From NCBI GenBank assembly GCA_964188305.1, contig OZ076888.1: DNA of 64,000 bases. The stretch is one strand, 5' to 3'. Source of the DNA: Podarcis bocagei (taxonomy: Eukaryota). Below are positions 35,558 through 49,497 of this stretch, one piece after another. Under the pieces are notes generated by a model that did not search any database, was not told the origin of the DNA, and saw only the letters and a program-made list of their open reading frames with translations. The position numbers and the translations under genes were made by a program. How positions within the stretch are numbered: position 1 is the stretch's first letter; every line of letters begins with the position of its first letter.

Positions 35558-35883
35558 GCATCTGTATCTTTGCATGCTGTGATGCAACTTTCCTCAACGG
35601 AACTACATTCAATCATATTTTGTGAACAGCAAATATGTTGTTTAAGCCCTCTTGTGGGCCTGGGTTTGATTCTGTCATTTCTTATTTCTGCGTTATTATT
35701 TTACTCCCAACTTTTGGAGCACCAAAAGGAGAAAAAAAATAATCCAAAATGTTAACCAGCACTTGATTGCAAATTGATCAGCAGATTTGAAGCCTTTTCT
35801 TTCTTTATTTTTAGTCTCCTTCCCCCTTTTTCTAGATTTGAATCAGTTGGTTTTTTTAATTGCCTTTTGTTGTCTTAAAGTAG

Positions 35884-35969
35884 ATTCAGAATCACCAAGG
35901 CATTTTGCACCACTTGATTACATGGAGAGTCCTGAAGAATTTTCCCGCAGGCGCCACAGTGATAAAGAG
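35884..35969 (+). CDS. SORBS1: SORBS1 exon, 86 nt (89 nt from the upstream AAG): (D)SESPRHFAPLDYMESPEEFSRRRHSDKE
   Basis: aag/tag NAGNAG acceptor, GAG|gtaatt donor. Confidence 0.95.
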
Positions 35970-37612
35970 GTAATTTTTCCTGTAAGATCTAGTAATACTT
36001 CTCTTCCCCTCCCCCCCCAACAAAACGAGTAGACCTTAAGCAAGATGCTCTTAAGAGGGGTCTTCTGGGTAGAATTGTTACTCGCTGCCCTGGAATTTTA
36101 TTTTTGATGGTTGCAGGGTTATAAATATCTAAAGAATAAAATAAATTAGAGCGGAGACTATCAATCTGAAGTTAAATGACAACATTGGTGATAGTGGACA
36201 GGAATGTATAAGCACAGAGTACCGGGAGAAAAGGGGGGTCACTACAGATTTTGCTTTGCCCCTTCCCATCCCTGCAACCCTGTGCATGTCTACTTGGGTG
36301 TAAGTTCCATTATGTTCAATGGGACTTGTTTCCAGTTAAAAGCACCTGCTTAGGAGTAGGGATGGACGGATCTGCGAATTTCTGTTCTCTCCAGTTTCTC
36401 ATTCCCCCCCCCCAAAACTCATATTCAGTCATCCAGATTTGTGAAGCAATTTGCAATTAAAAGAGAAAAAAATATTATCATGAAAATTCTTCAGCGTTTT
36501 AGTATGATTTTCTCCAAATAATACATTCTTGAATGCAGTTTTGAAAGGGCTGTCTCAAGGTGAAAACAGTATCCTACCCCACCCACCCAGCTTTCAGAAG
36601 TTCCTTTTAACTCTGCCTCGCAGGCTTGTTAAAAAGACGACAAACAGATAGTTTTGCCATTACATGCCTCACTTTAATGGTTCTGCAAAAGTGGGCACAC
36701 ACAACAAATGTGAAAAGCCTCTTCAATTTTTGCTGCACATTTTGGAACACTTAGAGGAAAAGGTGAATCAATTTCTGTTTGCACTTTTCAGCATTTCACC
36801 TTGGATTTGCTGGTCTTGGTTTTCTTACGGTGTGGCATTTAAAAAGCTGGCAAATGCAATTGCATTTAGACCCGCAATGTGTTTTTCAAGCACTGACTTG
36901 GTCATTCTGCCAAGCTCAACCAGAGTTGAATCACATTATTCATCCGCTGGGCACACCTGTTGCTTTTGGGAGTGGCTGGATAACAGCCTAAGAACGTAAG
37001 AGTTACCTTGCAAGATCAGACCAAAGGTCGATTGGGCTGTTTTCTCAAACCACCTGTTTTTAACAGCAGACAGCCAGGTGCCTCTGGGAAGCAAGGCTTG
37101 AAGGCAACAGTTCTTCTCTTACCAGTCCCCAGCACCTGGTCTGCAGAGATATATTCTCTCTGAACACTGAGATTTAACTTAGCTATCTCTGCTAATACCG
37201 TTTGATGAATTGCTTTCTAAATAAATGAATGGAGCCCTGCAATAAAAAGTTGCAGCGTGAAGTGCTCCTGTGTAGAGCTCCAGCCAACTAGACATGCCCT
37301 TTTCCAGGGATCTTGGCATACCGGAGGTTTTTGTTTTGCCAGTTTGGCCCTCTGTAGCCAAGCTACATTGGAGGCGGTGGGGATTACCACGCAACTGCAG
37401 CGATGGAGTCCACGTGCTTTTGCGGCGTCGGCTGCTGCTACTTCAAATGCTTTTTCTTCCCCGAATCTGAGGATTCCCTGTGCTTTGAAAATCCAAAAAG
37501 GAGAAAGAGGGAATTAAAGGAGTCACAATGGGCTCACAATCCACCTCAAGGCCCATAAATTTTGGGATCGCTTTCCTAAAACAAAATCTGGATAGCATTT
37601 GTAAGCAAAGTA

Positions 37613-37872
37613 CCGTATTTTTTGCTCTATAAGACTCATTTTTCCCCTCCTAAAAAGTAAGGGGAAATGTGTGTGCTTCTTATGGAGCGAATGCAGGCTG
37701 TGCAGCTATCCCAGAAGCCAGAACAGCAAGAGGGTTTGCTGCTTTCACTGCGCAGCGATCCCTCTTGCTGTTCTGGCTTCTGGGATTCAGAATATTTTTT
37801 TTTCTTGTTTTCCTCCTCCAAAAACTAGTTGAGTCTTATGGTCTGGTGCGTCTTATAGAGCGAAAAGTACGG
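37613..37872. mobile_element. Tc2-like MITE, short (~260 bp) subfamily
   Basis: TIRs, TA TSD, internal palindrome. Confidence 0.92.
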
Positions 37873-37949
37873 TACATTTCTGAAGAACATGCAATCTTAT
37901 TGAATATAAAGCTAAAGGACCCCTGGATGGTTAAGTCCAGTCAAAGGCA

Positions 37950-38137
37950 ATGTGGGTGGTGCTGTGGTCTAAATCACTGAGCCTCTTGAGCTTGCCGATC
38001 AGAAGGTCAGCGGTTCGAATCTGCACGACGGAGTGAGCTCCCGTTGCTCTGTCCCAGCTCCTGCCAACCTAGCAGTTCGAAAGCACGCCAGTGCAAGTAG
38101 ATAAATAGGTACCGCTGCGGCAGGAAGGTAAACGGCG
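37950..38137 (+). mobile_element. Sauria SINE, 5' half
   Basis: matches the other copies. Confidence 0.85.
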
Positions 38138-38503
38138 TAGTACAGTATTTATGTGCGGGTTGTTACTGTGTGGAATGCTGACATTCTCGGTTCCAGCAGC
38201 TCTGTCCCACCCCCAACCCTGGTTTCCCCTTCCTTCCTAACAACCCACCCAACCCAAACAGTCACCTGTTTGTGGCCACTGAGCACATTCAGTCCTCACT
38301 GGGCTTTTCATATGTTTGTGTGGATGGGGATTGTGAATTAATTTTTAATTTATTTTTTTTTTGCAAAACCTCGAGGCTCCCCCAGATCTGTCGATACTTC
38401 CCTCTTGTTCATTGGTGGCGCCATTTTGGCTGCATAATCAATGGGTGTCTTAGCCTCGGCCTCAAAAACAGAAGGGAAGGTATTCCTGGTGATCACGGAA
38501 TTA

Positions 38504-38757
38504 CCATATTTTTCGCTCCGTAAGACGCACCAGACCACAAGACTGGTTTTTGGAGGAGGAAAACAAGAAAAAAAATATTCTGAATCTCAGAAGCCAGAAC
38601 AGCAAGAGGGATCGCTGCACAGTGAAAGCAGCAATCCCTCTTGCTGTTCTGGCTTCTGGGATAGTTGTGCAGCGTGCATTCGCTCCATAAGACGCACACA
38701 CATTTCCCCTTACTTTTTAGGAGGGAAAAAGTTAGTCTTATAGAGCAAAAAATATGG
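38504..38757. mobile_element. Tc2-like MITE, short subfamily, opposite orientation to 37613
   Basis: reverse complement of the 37613/55978 copies. Confidence 0.92.
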
Positions 38758-39065
38758 TATATCCTCCATGAATTCTCCATCCTTTCTAAGCTTGTGGCCA
38801 TTGCCGCAAGGATTCAGTTGTCTTGTGATCCTGCTCTCCAGACCAGAGTTCTTAGGATAATATCCAGTGTGCAGCATTTAATTATGTACTGTTATTGGGG
38901 TTGGGGTTGGGGGACGACTTTCCGTTATGTTTGTTAGTCTGCATTGGAGAGAGGTGTTTTTTAAAAAAATAAAATAACAAACGAACAATAATAATAATTT
39001 GCTGGCAGTTTTGAAATGCCATAAACTAGATGATTTACTGCCCATTTTATGCAATTTCATGGCAG

Positions 39066-39233
39066 AAACTTTTAGAGGACCAGAGACGGCTTAGACGTGA
39101 GCAAGAAGAGGCTGACATTGCAGCTAGAAGGCACACAGGGGTCATTCCTACGCACCATCAATTTATCACTAATGAGCGGTTTGGGGACCTCCTAATTGTA
39201 GACGATACCGCAAAAAGGAGATCTGGGTCAGAG
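39066..39233 (+). CDS. SORBS1: SORBS1 cassette exon, 168 nt: KLLEDQRRLRREQEEADIAARRHTGVIPTHHQFITNERFGDLLIVDDTAKRRSGSE
   Basis: ggcag acceptor, GAG|gtctgt donor; near-identical to recalled human exon. Confidence 0.95.
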
Positions 39234-40227
39234 GTCTGTTGTGGTTGCCTCAGTCTGCTGCTTGACCCGATTCATATTTGCCTCTCATAGCGTTGTGCTT
39301 TTAGGCCAACATTAGCTATCCAAGAAGTGTGTTACTTTTTATTTTCCCCATCCGCGCTTGACTTAGAAACTGCTTTTTTTTCGACTTTGTTAAAACGAAT
39401 TAATAGCTCTGTACCGAAAGCTGTATGTACGTGTTAAAAAAGCATGCCTGCTGAGGATTGCTAGTGCACAACTTGTGATGCATGCCTTTGAAATATTCGT
39501 TAGTTTTATGGCAAAAATCAGAGGGCATTTGCTTCATCTTTTGCATCACGTAATTTGCTACATTCTCTCCTTGTCTCTGCCTTATGCTTAGAACTTCCAT
39601 TGTCTTGTTGATTCTGACCATGTGATTGTCTTGTAGTGGATTAAACACTAGATGGCGATGTTCTTTCTCTCCTCTCCTTTCGTTAATATTCTTCCGGTCA
39701 GGAAAACAAAAAAAACGACAACCCCAGAATATCTCGGCACATTTCATTTCCAAACAGTAAAAAGAGACAAAAGGGGGAAATGGTTTTTTCAAGGAGTCAT
39801 ATTTGACAGGAGCTACACAACCTGCATGTAGCCTTTCCGCCAGAGCAATGTTGTATTGCATTCCGTGGTCATTTACCTCTTAGCTTATATGTGACAAATG
39901 CTGGGAATTGGCTTTTTTTAAAAAAAAATTAAAAATAGTGATCTTTCAAGACAAAAAGCATTGCCTTTGCTTAAGATGCCAACTGTGTAGTATTTATTGC
40001 TAGCAGAATTTCACAAGGAGTGTTAAAAAGCAGTTCTGAAATGTTTCAATTAGCCGGTAAAAGAACCCTGAAACGTTGTCCTACTACGCACATCTTACAC
40101 TTTGATTTAGAATTGGGATAAGTGCTGGTATAAATTTGGAGGAATGTGTGTATGCAGCCCATGGGCAGTTTAAAATTGCCAACACCCCTCCTCTCTTCTC
40201 TGGATTAAAATATTATATATTATTATA

Positions 40228-40569
40228 GGGACGCGGGGGCACTGTGGTCTAAACCACTGAGCCTCTTGGGCTTGCTGATCGGAAAGTCGGCAGTTGCTCG
40301 GTCCCAGCTTCTGGTAACCTAGCAGTTCAAAAGCATGCCAGTTTAAGTAGATAAATAGGTACCACTGCGGCAGAAAGGTAAACGGTGTTTCCGTGCGCTC
40401 TGTCACGGTGTCCCGTTGCGCCAGAAGCAGCTTAGTCATGCTGGCCACATGGCCCGGAAAGCTGTCTCTGGACAAACGCCGGTTCCCTCGGCCTGAAAGC
40501 GAGATGAGCGCCCCAACCTCATAATCCCCTTTGACTGGACTTAACCATCCAGGGGTCCTTTACCTTTAC
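40228..40569 (+). mobile_element. Sauria SINE
   Basis: head, core, accttt tail. Confidence 0.9.
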
Positions 40570-41347
40570 TGTTATATATATTGTTCCCTCAGAACTATAG
40601 AAGTTATTTCAATTAAAACCTCAGTTTTTTCTCCATTGGCTTCTCCCTTTTGTCTCTTTCCTGCCAATCAAACTGACAATTCATGAGCGCAATACAGGTG
40701 AACAGGTAGCTGCCAGGAGATGCTTCCTTGGTAAATATCCAGAGTGCCGTGTCAAGAGGGACTCCTTGTCATCTAGCTCCGCCAAGCTTGCTGATACACA
40801 TATCAGAAGGGGGTGTCACTCTAAATTCTGTGGGTCCCTGGAGCCATGTTTTTTTCAGATGCAATGTTCTGCTATGCAGAGTGGATCACAGACTGTTTTA
40901 TCAAACCCTTATCACCAGCCTAGGCAAAATCTGCTTTATGTTTCCTTCCGAAACTGGCTGGAAATGGTTTTTCTGAGACTTATTGCCCATGGTACCGATG
41001 TTCATTTTTGTGCATGGTCTCCAGTCAGACTGGTTTTGCAGAAAAGCTGAAAAGTAAGCCCCCTCCCATTATTCACACCTTTTGCTTTTCATTTAGAGTA
41101 GAAACTGAGATTTTGCCACTGGCTATTGAGAGATTGGGATTTCCCCCTCCCCAGCTAGACCCTTAACATCCGATCAGGACTCCCCAGTCATTTAAGATAG
41201 CAAAACATCCGAATGAACCCTTCATAGTATTTTTGCCCCCATCCCACACCTGACCTTAGCATCTCTGTGGCTGGGATTTCCATACTATTTAAGGCCCTGT
41301 CCCGAGGAGTTGGCAATTGCTTTAAATGTGTTGTTTTTAACCCTTAG

Positions 41348-41394
41348 ATGAGAGCTGCCAGAGCGAAGTTTGACTTTAAAGCCCAGACGCTCAA
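41348..41394 (+). CDS. SORBS1: SORBS1 exon, 47 nt, start of SH3-1: MRAARAKFDFKAQTL(K)
   Basis: cccttag acceptor, gtgagt donor. Confidence 0.96.
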
Positions 41395-41719
41395 GTGAGT
41401 ATACGTGTATGGCTGCTTGCTTCCCTCCCCAACGATAGACTCTGGTTGTTAAACCAACAAAATGCTTCCCTGTGCTCCAGCCAATTTCTGTGCTCACTTC
41501 CAGTGATTGTTAACAAGCAGAAGAGTATTGCTCTTTACCTTCCTTGTGAAATTTAGGGCTGTGTCTAGGTTTATAATGGCATAACATATGGAGGAGTTCA
41601 GGTTGGGAAAAATTAGTACAGGGTAACAGTCTTCTTGTTTAACATTAAATTGGAGAGTTTCTCTTCCTCTAGTGCTTAGAATCTGCCCTCCATGTACAAC
41701 TCAAAGGTAGTTTCATCTG

Positions 41720-42481
41720 TAAACCCTCCAACATTTTGCTATGAAAATAGGGAGGTCCTATTCAGTAACAGGGGGTGCGGGTGGCACTATGGGTTAAACC
41801 ACAGAGCCTAGGACTTGCCGATCAGAAGGTTGGCGGTTTGAATCCCTGTGACGGGGTGAGCTCCCGTTGCTCAGCCCCTGCTCCTGCCAACCTAGCACTT
41901 CAAAAGCACATCAAGTGCAAGTAGATAAATAGGTACCGCTCTGGTGGGAAGGTAAACGGCATTTCCGTGCGCTGCTCTGGTTCACCAGAAGCGGCTTAGT
42001 CATGCTGGCCACATGACCCGGAAGCTGTACGCCAGCTCCCTCGGCCAGTAAAGTGAGATAAGCGCCACAACCCCAGAGTCGGCCATGACTGGACTTAATG
42101 GTCAGGGGTCCCTTTACCTTTATTCAGTAACAGCGATGACAACAACTTTATAATTGATAATACTTTCATCGTTTATACCCTGCCCATCTGACTTGGGTTG
42201 CCCCAGCCACTCTGGGCAGCTTCCAACATATATAAAAGCAAAACATTAAACATTAAAAAAACTTCCCCAGACAGGGCTGCCTTCAGATGTCTTCTAAAGG
42301 TGGTATAGTCGCTTATCTCCTCGGCTTGGAGTTGCGTAACTCCATACCCTCCAACATTTCTCCGATGAAAACAAGGGATGTCCTAAGGAAAAGCAGGACA
42401 TTCCGGGATCAAATCAGAAGCAGGGATGGCTTCTGTAAATCCAGGAATGTCCCTGGAAAATAGGGACACTTGGAGGCTCTG
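41720..42481 (-). mobile_element. composite hAT-like MITE with L2 tail, interrupted by a Sauria SINE
   Basis: accctccaac...ttggaggctctg ends; internal L2 tail at ~42150-42325. Confidence 0.7.
41772..42120 (+). mobile_element. Sauria SINE, full length
   Basis: 13-bp TSD tattcagtaacag (41759-41771, 42121-42133). Confidence 0.95.
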
Positions 42482-43215
42482 TAATGCTCTACTTTAAAAG
42501 CTATGTGACTGTGGTTGCTTCCAAGCTAGTTCTTCCCCCTGGAATTTTAATCTTTTGTCCACTGCTTTTTACCAAGTAGCCAGACAACTTGCTTGCCAGC
42601 CCATTGCATTCCACGGTTCCGCACATTATCTTCCTGCAGGTTTTTCTAGACCCAATTTATGGTGATTTTTTTGGAGTTACAAAATGCAATTGTAGCACCA
42701 GCCACCCTAGCATAGCTAGTCGAAGAGGCTCTTAGGGGCTCCTTTGCCCTCAAACATTTTCTGTTTGCAGATTCAGTCCAGTTTATTGCTTCTTAAAAAT
42801 AGCGGGCAGGGCTTAGTGATGGAAAACCTTCATGCCAGTTTCTGATTCGGCTAGCTTCATCTAATTATTTTCAATTTTTAATGGTGAAAAAACTCTGGAG
42901 TAGAAGGGTCTTCGATATCAGGGAAAGTGATGCTGAATAATAATAAAGTGTTTTGTTAAATTCTTATGCACAATGTCCATGTTAATTGCATCTAATTGTG
43001 GAAAAACAATGTTTCCGTGGCACTAAAGGTCTGTACTGTGGAAGTTGAGGAATTACTGAGGGAGATTCACTAGGTCCAGATTTGCCTCTGCAAGAATTTG
43101 GATATGGGGAATCTCCAATAGTGCTTTCAGATAATGGCATGCATATGCTACTTGTATTAATATTTACAAGAGATGTTAATTGCGCATTAACACATAACCT
43201 GTCTGTTTTTAACAG

Positions 43216-43330
43216 GGAGCTCCCACTGAAGAAAGGGGATGTCGTTTACATTTATAAGCAAATTGATCAGAATTGGTTTGAAGGCGAACACCATGGCAGA
43301 GTTGGAATTTTCCCACAATCATACATAGAG
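43216..43330 (+). CDS. SORBS1: SORBS1 exon, 115 nt, SH3-1: [38 protein letters not shown]
   Basis: tttaacag acceptor, gtactt donor; SH3 signature. Confidence 0.97.
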
Positions 43331-43806
43331 GTACTTCTTTTTGTTGTGCAGATACAATGAGTCAACGTGGTGAGACTTGGTTTGTTTCATTCAATTTATA
43401 TCTCGCCCATCTTCCCAAAGGAGCAATTTCAAATAAGCCACAAGGTGAGAAATATTTTACGGCCACATTCATTGTTTAAAACTTACCCGAGTCACTTGAA
43501 CCATTAAAACTGCTTTACAGTCACCCCTTACTAGAATCATGCTTCCAGTGTGTAACACAGAAGTTTTGATTCAGATGCCATGATAAACCACCATTGGATG
43601 TTTCTTGGGACTTACATAACTCATCTTTTCCTCATTTTCCCCCACAACATTCCAAAGGGATGGTTTCCAATTGCCAAACCATGGTTTAGGCATTGCATCT
43701 CAACCGAGTCAGTCAAGCTATTTTGCACATCCACATCTAACCTGGTACTGGAATCCAATGACTGGGGTCCTCATATCTGCCTTTTGGTGTGTGTGTTTTT
43801 TTATAG

Positions 43807-44040
<234 letters not shown>

Positions 44041-44376
44041 TAACTTGGTGAGTGTCTACGGTGACACTTAACCATGGTTAAGCAAGGCTGCTGGATTCAC
44101 ATATAGTGCCAAGCCATAATTGAAACAAACCAGGCTTTAGAGTTTGGTTTGTTGGCGAACTGTGGTCAGGGTTAACACATGCTGTGAAGCTGTGTGTTTT
44201 CTCCAAAGCTGGGACTCCACATTGAGTGGCAGGAGGAGACCCGGCTCCCAAGAAGGAGCACTGGGCCTGAAGCCAGGAGTGCTTGATGGAATAAGCATTC
44301 TTGTGAGCATGTGGACTTTGCTGCCTCTGTTCAGAAATGTGGCGGGTAGACAGGATTGTTTGCACAACTTCATGTT

Positions 44377-44963
44377 ATAATAATAATAATAATTTATTAT
44401 TTGTACCCCGCCCATCTGGCTGGGTTTCCCCAGCCACTCTGGGCAGCTTCCACAAAGACCAAAAATACACTAATATGTCATACATTAAAAGCTTCCCTGA
44501 AGAGGGCTGCCTTAAGATGTCTTCTGAATGTCAGGTAGTTGTTTATCTCTTTGACATCTGATGGGAGGGCGTTCCACAGGGTGGGCGCCATTACCGAGAA
44601 GGCCCTCTGCCTGGTTCCCTGTAGCTTTGCTTCTCGCAGTGAGGGAACCGCCAGAAGGCCCTCGGCGCTGGACCTCAGTGTCCGGGCAGAATGATGGGGG
44701 TGGAGACGCTCCTTCAGGTATACTGGGCCGAGGCCATTTAGGGCTTTCAAGGTCAGCACCAACACTTTGAATTGTGCTCGGAAACGTACTGGGAGCCAAT
44801 GCAGGTCTTTCAGGACTGGTGTTATGTGGTCTCAGTGGCCACTCCCAGTCACCAGTCTGGCTGCTGCATTCTGGATTAGTTGTAGTTTCCAGGTCACCTT
44901 CAAAGGTAGCCCCACGTAGAGCGCATTGCAGTAGTCCAAGCAGGAGATAACTAGAGCATGCAC
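44377..44963 (-). mobile_element. L2 3' fragment
   Basis: RAFSVMAPTLWNALP...FRRHLKAALF; (TTA)n tail. Confidence 0.92.
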
Positions 44964-45491
44964 CTCATGTTCTCAGATCCCGGTTCCCTGATCCTGAAAG
45001 CCTTGCCCCTGAGCTGTGTTTAGGGAACCTTGAAGCTCCTCCTAAGTTGGCTTGATCCTTGCTGCATTGCTGGCACCCATGGGCACCTGGATTAATTCCT
45101 GCTCTTCTCCTGTTGCAGAGCTTGCACAGTCAGTCTGCTGGAGAAAAGCTTGGCTACTTCATTTAGAAGAAAGCGCACCTTGTCATTGTTCTTGGGCGAG
45201 AGCCAGGGCAGTGATCTTGTGCATACAATGGTTGCCTTTTTCACCTTGTGTTCTGCTTCATTGTTGGGTCTCGGACTGGAATTCAGCAAGTACCAACATC
45301 TGACAATAGCTTTGTGGCCATTCCTGGAATCCTTCCCTCTTGTTCCCTTCCTGAATATGTTCCATCACAGTTTGGCCACCGGTCCAGGAGTTGGGTAGCT
45401 GCAGTCATGCTCTCTGTTGCCCCATGAAAGCAGACTAGAGGGTCTGCAAATCTGATTTCAAATTGGGATCATGTGTCGAATCCCTTTTAGC

Positions 45492-45933
45492 CATAGCTGT
45501 CAACTTACAGATTTGAAAATAAGGGGCAGAAAGCCCAACCAGCAGCCAAACAAAGCCTCAAGCGGTGGTTCCCACAGCACGGCAACCCAGCAAAGGGGAT
45601 GTAGCAAGGGAAACCACCGTCACCTTTCTGCTGGGAAGCGCTGAGCAAAGCCGAGTCCCCAGGCAACGCGGCCGATTTGATCGGCACAAGGCATGCAAGC
45701 TCCACCCCCCAGTCGTTCTTAGACTCCTTATTGGGTGAGCAACGCAGCCAAGCAACACAGTTGGAGCCTCCCTCTTCCCTGGCCGGCAGGGAGGGAGGGA
45801 GGGAGGGAGGGAGGGGAGCTGTTTCCTTTGAAACCCAGGAAATTTAAGGGACATCATCAATAAGGGACAGCAGTGGGACACAGCGCTGGGATAAGGGACT
45901 TTCCCGCCAAATAAGAGACGGTTGACAGCTATG
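45492..45933. mobile_element. non-autonomous hAT element
   Basis: 13-bp TIR catagctgtcaac/gttgacagctatg; TSD cttttagc/cttttagg. Confidence 0.9.
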
Positions 45934-46063
45934 CTTTTAGGAGTTCCGTGCAAACCGAAAGCATTGGCAGATGTGCAAATTCAGCTTTCCTACCTGAGCA
46001 GCAGGGCTGAAAGTCTTGCTGCAGATCAGGAGCTTGATCTGCCCATTCATACTTTCTCCGCAG

Positions 46064-46258
46064 GGCGAGAGGATCACACTGATTCGGCAAGTGGACGAAA
46101 ACTGGTATGAAGGGAAAATCCCCAGTACTCACCGCCAAGGCATCTTCCCGGTCACCTACGTGGACATTTTCAAGCAGCCTGTGCTGAAGAACACACTAGA
46201 CTATGGCAGCTTGTCGTTCTGCCACTCCCCAAACCGCAGTCTGACAACATCCCCGCAG
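46064..46258 (+). CDS. SORBS1: SORBS1 exon, 195 nt, SH3-2: [36 protein letters not shown]...SLTTSPQ
   Basis: tttctccgcag acceptor, CAG|gtacct donor. Confidence 0.97.
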
Positions 46259-47738
46259 GTACCTGCTCTGAATCCAGCCTTGCAAAACCGTAAGGCGTTG
46301 CTGTTTTTTGCTAGAGAGTCCCTTCTCCTGCTAATAACTCTTAGATAGTAAGGAGAACACATTTACCAGCGGTATATTCAAAAGATACATCTATTGCATC
46401 GCACCATATGGAGTGGCAGTTGTGGAAAGTGTTGACAATAAACTCACCGTTTAGGAAAGTTCAAACGACCTGTTTCACACACGACACTAAATCAGGCCTT
46501 GCTCTGAGAAAGGAGATTGTGGCGGCTTTTGCTGGTTCTGCTGCTGCAAGCTAAGCATGTTGGCATAGCCCGGGTTTGTGTGTTTGCCTTGCGCCAGACA
46601 AACCATGACCCATAACGCAAGAATTGTTCTTGGTTTGCTACTTGTAGTTTGGGGAAGGCAAACCATGATTTAAATCACGGCTGTTCTCACAGCAGCAAAG
46701 CGGCATCAGGAGCAAGGCAGCCACAAGCTATCAAGGAGCCTGCACACCCATTTGTTTGCATTAAGCCATGGTTTGGCTTAGAGTTACACGCAAACTGAGC
46801 CAAAGCGATTTCGGCAAGAGTGAAATAAACAGGGCCATACAATTGTTCCTTAAAGGGCTTTGCCTATGCATTCCTCCTTAACTTTGAGCAGGAATTGGAA
46901 CTTTGCACCAATAATTCTAGTGTGGCAGAGTGTGTACATTGCTCAGAGGCAAGCACAGTTTTAGAAAATAGTTTTAGAAATGGCAAAGCCCAGAGGATAG
47001 CCTTATACTTTTTAAAAAAATAAGCAGCCATGTGGTAAAATTGGTAAGCACCCACTTCTTAATGAACCACACGCACATATTTTTAAAATAGTTCCTAAAC
47101 AGCATAAGCACGGGTAGAAAGTAGTTGTACATTTTCCCCTCCTGTTCCAGCTGCTCAGTATCTACCAGAGCAATGCTGACTTTGTTCCTAAAAGGGTGTT
47201 GTGTTATGTTTGGGATTTTAAGAGACGCTTCCCGAGCTGCTACAGAAAATCTCCTGGAAAGCAGTTTGGCAGTGATTGAGGAACAAAAGAAGGAAACAAG
47301 CACATGCGTGATAAGAGGGAGGCTTCCGTTCCTATGAAAATATATTGCCTGCCAAGCCTTTAGATGACAATCATGAAGGCAGTTAGGCAGCTTTAGTTTT
47401 TCTGAAGACCACGAGATGGATTCCGCCTAACCGGTAGGATTGCAGCTTTAGTTGGGCAGGACCAATTGGGTCAAACTAGTCCTGAAATGAGCAACTGATT
47501 GTCACTGCAGTTCACTGTACCACTGGCCCAAAGGAGGTCTCTTAGGAGTTGGGTGCACAGGTATCAACAGCGCCAGAGTGATCAGTTCTAGTGCTTTTAT
47601 TAAAAAAGGGTGCAGACTTACAGCAAAGCAGCCTGTTGAGTCTCCTAGCTTTGTTGGACGGACACTGCACCCAAACATACATTCTGTATATATACAAAGC
47701 AGCATATATCATTTTATCTCGGACCCCCCATCACTTAA

Positions 47739-48075
47739 GGGACGCGGGTGGCACTGTGGGTTAAACCACAGAGCCTAGGACTTGCTGATCAGAAGGTCGG
47801 CAGTTCGAATCCCCACGGCGGGGTGAGCTCCCGTTGCTTGGTCCCTGCTCCTGCCAACCTAGCAGTTCGAAAGCACATCAAAGTGCAAGTAGATAAATAG
47901 GGAAGGTAAACGGTGTTTCCGTGCGCTGCTCTGGTTCGCCAGAAGCGGCTTAGTCATGCTGGCCACATGACCCGGAAGCTGTACGCCAGCTCCCTCGGCC
48001 AATAAAGCTAGCTGAGCACGCAACCCCAGAGTCGGTCACGACTGGACCTAACGGTCAGGGGTCCCTTTACCTTTA
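47739..48075 (+). mobile_element. Sauria SINE
   Basis: head, core, tail. Confidence 0.92.
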
Positions 48076-48688
48076 TTAAAAGGAGGGACGTGATAAGAGG
48101 TTTATAACAGTGTGGAGAAAGGGCATAGAAAGAATTCTTTCTACCTCCGTGAAAATCCTAGACTCTATGCAAAGACTAAATTGAGTGAGAGTAGATGCAG
48201 GAAGGAGAAAATGAAGCACTTTTTACATGTAATCTCTGGAATCTGCAATCACAAGATGTGGTGGTGTGAAAGGATTTAGATGGCAAGCCTGATAACAGTT
48301 CCTTGCTCTGCTGCGGTGAGATCAGCCATGAACCCGGGCCTTCTCCAAACTACAAGTGGTAAACCAAGAACAATTCTTGGTTGTGGCTCGTGGTTTGTCT
48401 GGAGCAAGGCGAAAAACCAAGCCTGAGTTTCGGCTGGCAGGCTTAGCTCGCAGCAGCAGAACAGAGGAGGAAGGCCACTGCAACATTCTATTTGGGAACT
48501 GCCAGGTTGAGAAGCGCTAGGCTACCGACTGGCGGTTGCTGGGGAGGAAGAGCAAGGGATGGCTAATGTCTTTATGGCTTCTGTGCTTCCCGGAAACATT
48601 GTGGGAAGCAGGATGTGGAACAACAGGGAACTTTACACCTGTGCTGTTCTTAAAGTACTTAAAGACAGTGGTGCCCATGAGGCCCATG

Positions 48689-48841
48689 TACTTGCACTTT
48701 GACGTGCTTTCGAACTGCTAGGTTGGCAGGAGCAGAGACAGAGCAACGGGAGCTCACCCCGCCGCGGGGATTCGAACCGCCGACCTTCTGATCGGCAAGT
48801 CCTAGGCTCTGTGGTTTAACGCACAGCGCCACCCGCGTCCC
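48689..48841 (-). mobile_element. Sauria SINE 5' half, antisense
   Basis: reverse complement of 47739-47890. Confidence 0.92.
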
Positions 48842-49497
48842 TGTCCCTCCTTTTAGTCACCTGCATTTATAAGACCCCAAATGCTTTCAATTTTTTCTTG
48901 GGAAGGCTGACCCTGGTCATTTTGTCTGGCTTCTTGTGCATTCAAGCTCTTACCATTTTTCTAGGTGGGGCGACCAGAACTGTTCCAAATGTCACTACAC
49001 CAGGAAGGCATTAGAATCCTGGCAGTGTTATATTCCATGGCATTTGACATTCATTATTATATTAATTACTCTCCCTTCTCCACAAGGTCCTGGGGTGGGT
49101 TACAACAATGTAAAATACAACATAGAAAATAGTTCAATTGCAATCACAACCAGAGTGGATCCTAGCTATCTATTGCTGCAGTACACAGATGTAACATTTT
49201 TCGCCACCCCAACACTTGTTCCTAGTCATCATCAGTATAGATGTGAAGCTGCAATATCCATCCCAACATGTATCACTTTACATTTCCTCACATCGAAAAA
49301 GAATAACAGGAGGACAGATGGAGGCAAAGTAGGAGCGCAGATGGCTGTTTACTCTGCCAAAAGCATTCTGAATTTAAAATCCCTCTCCAAGGACACCACA
49401 CCATATATATTTTTTAAAAAAACAAAATGTAGCGAAAACTAAACTCAGGAATATAATTCATAAAAGGTACTAAAGGCAGCTTTAATGGGGAATGACC

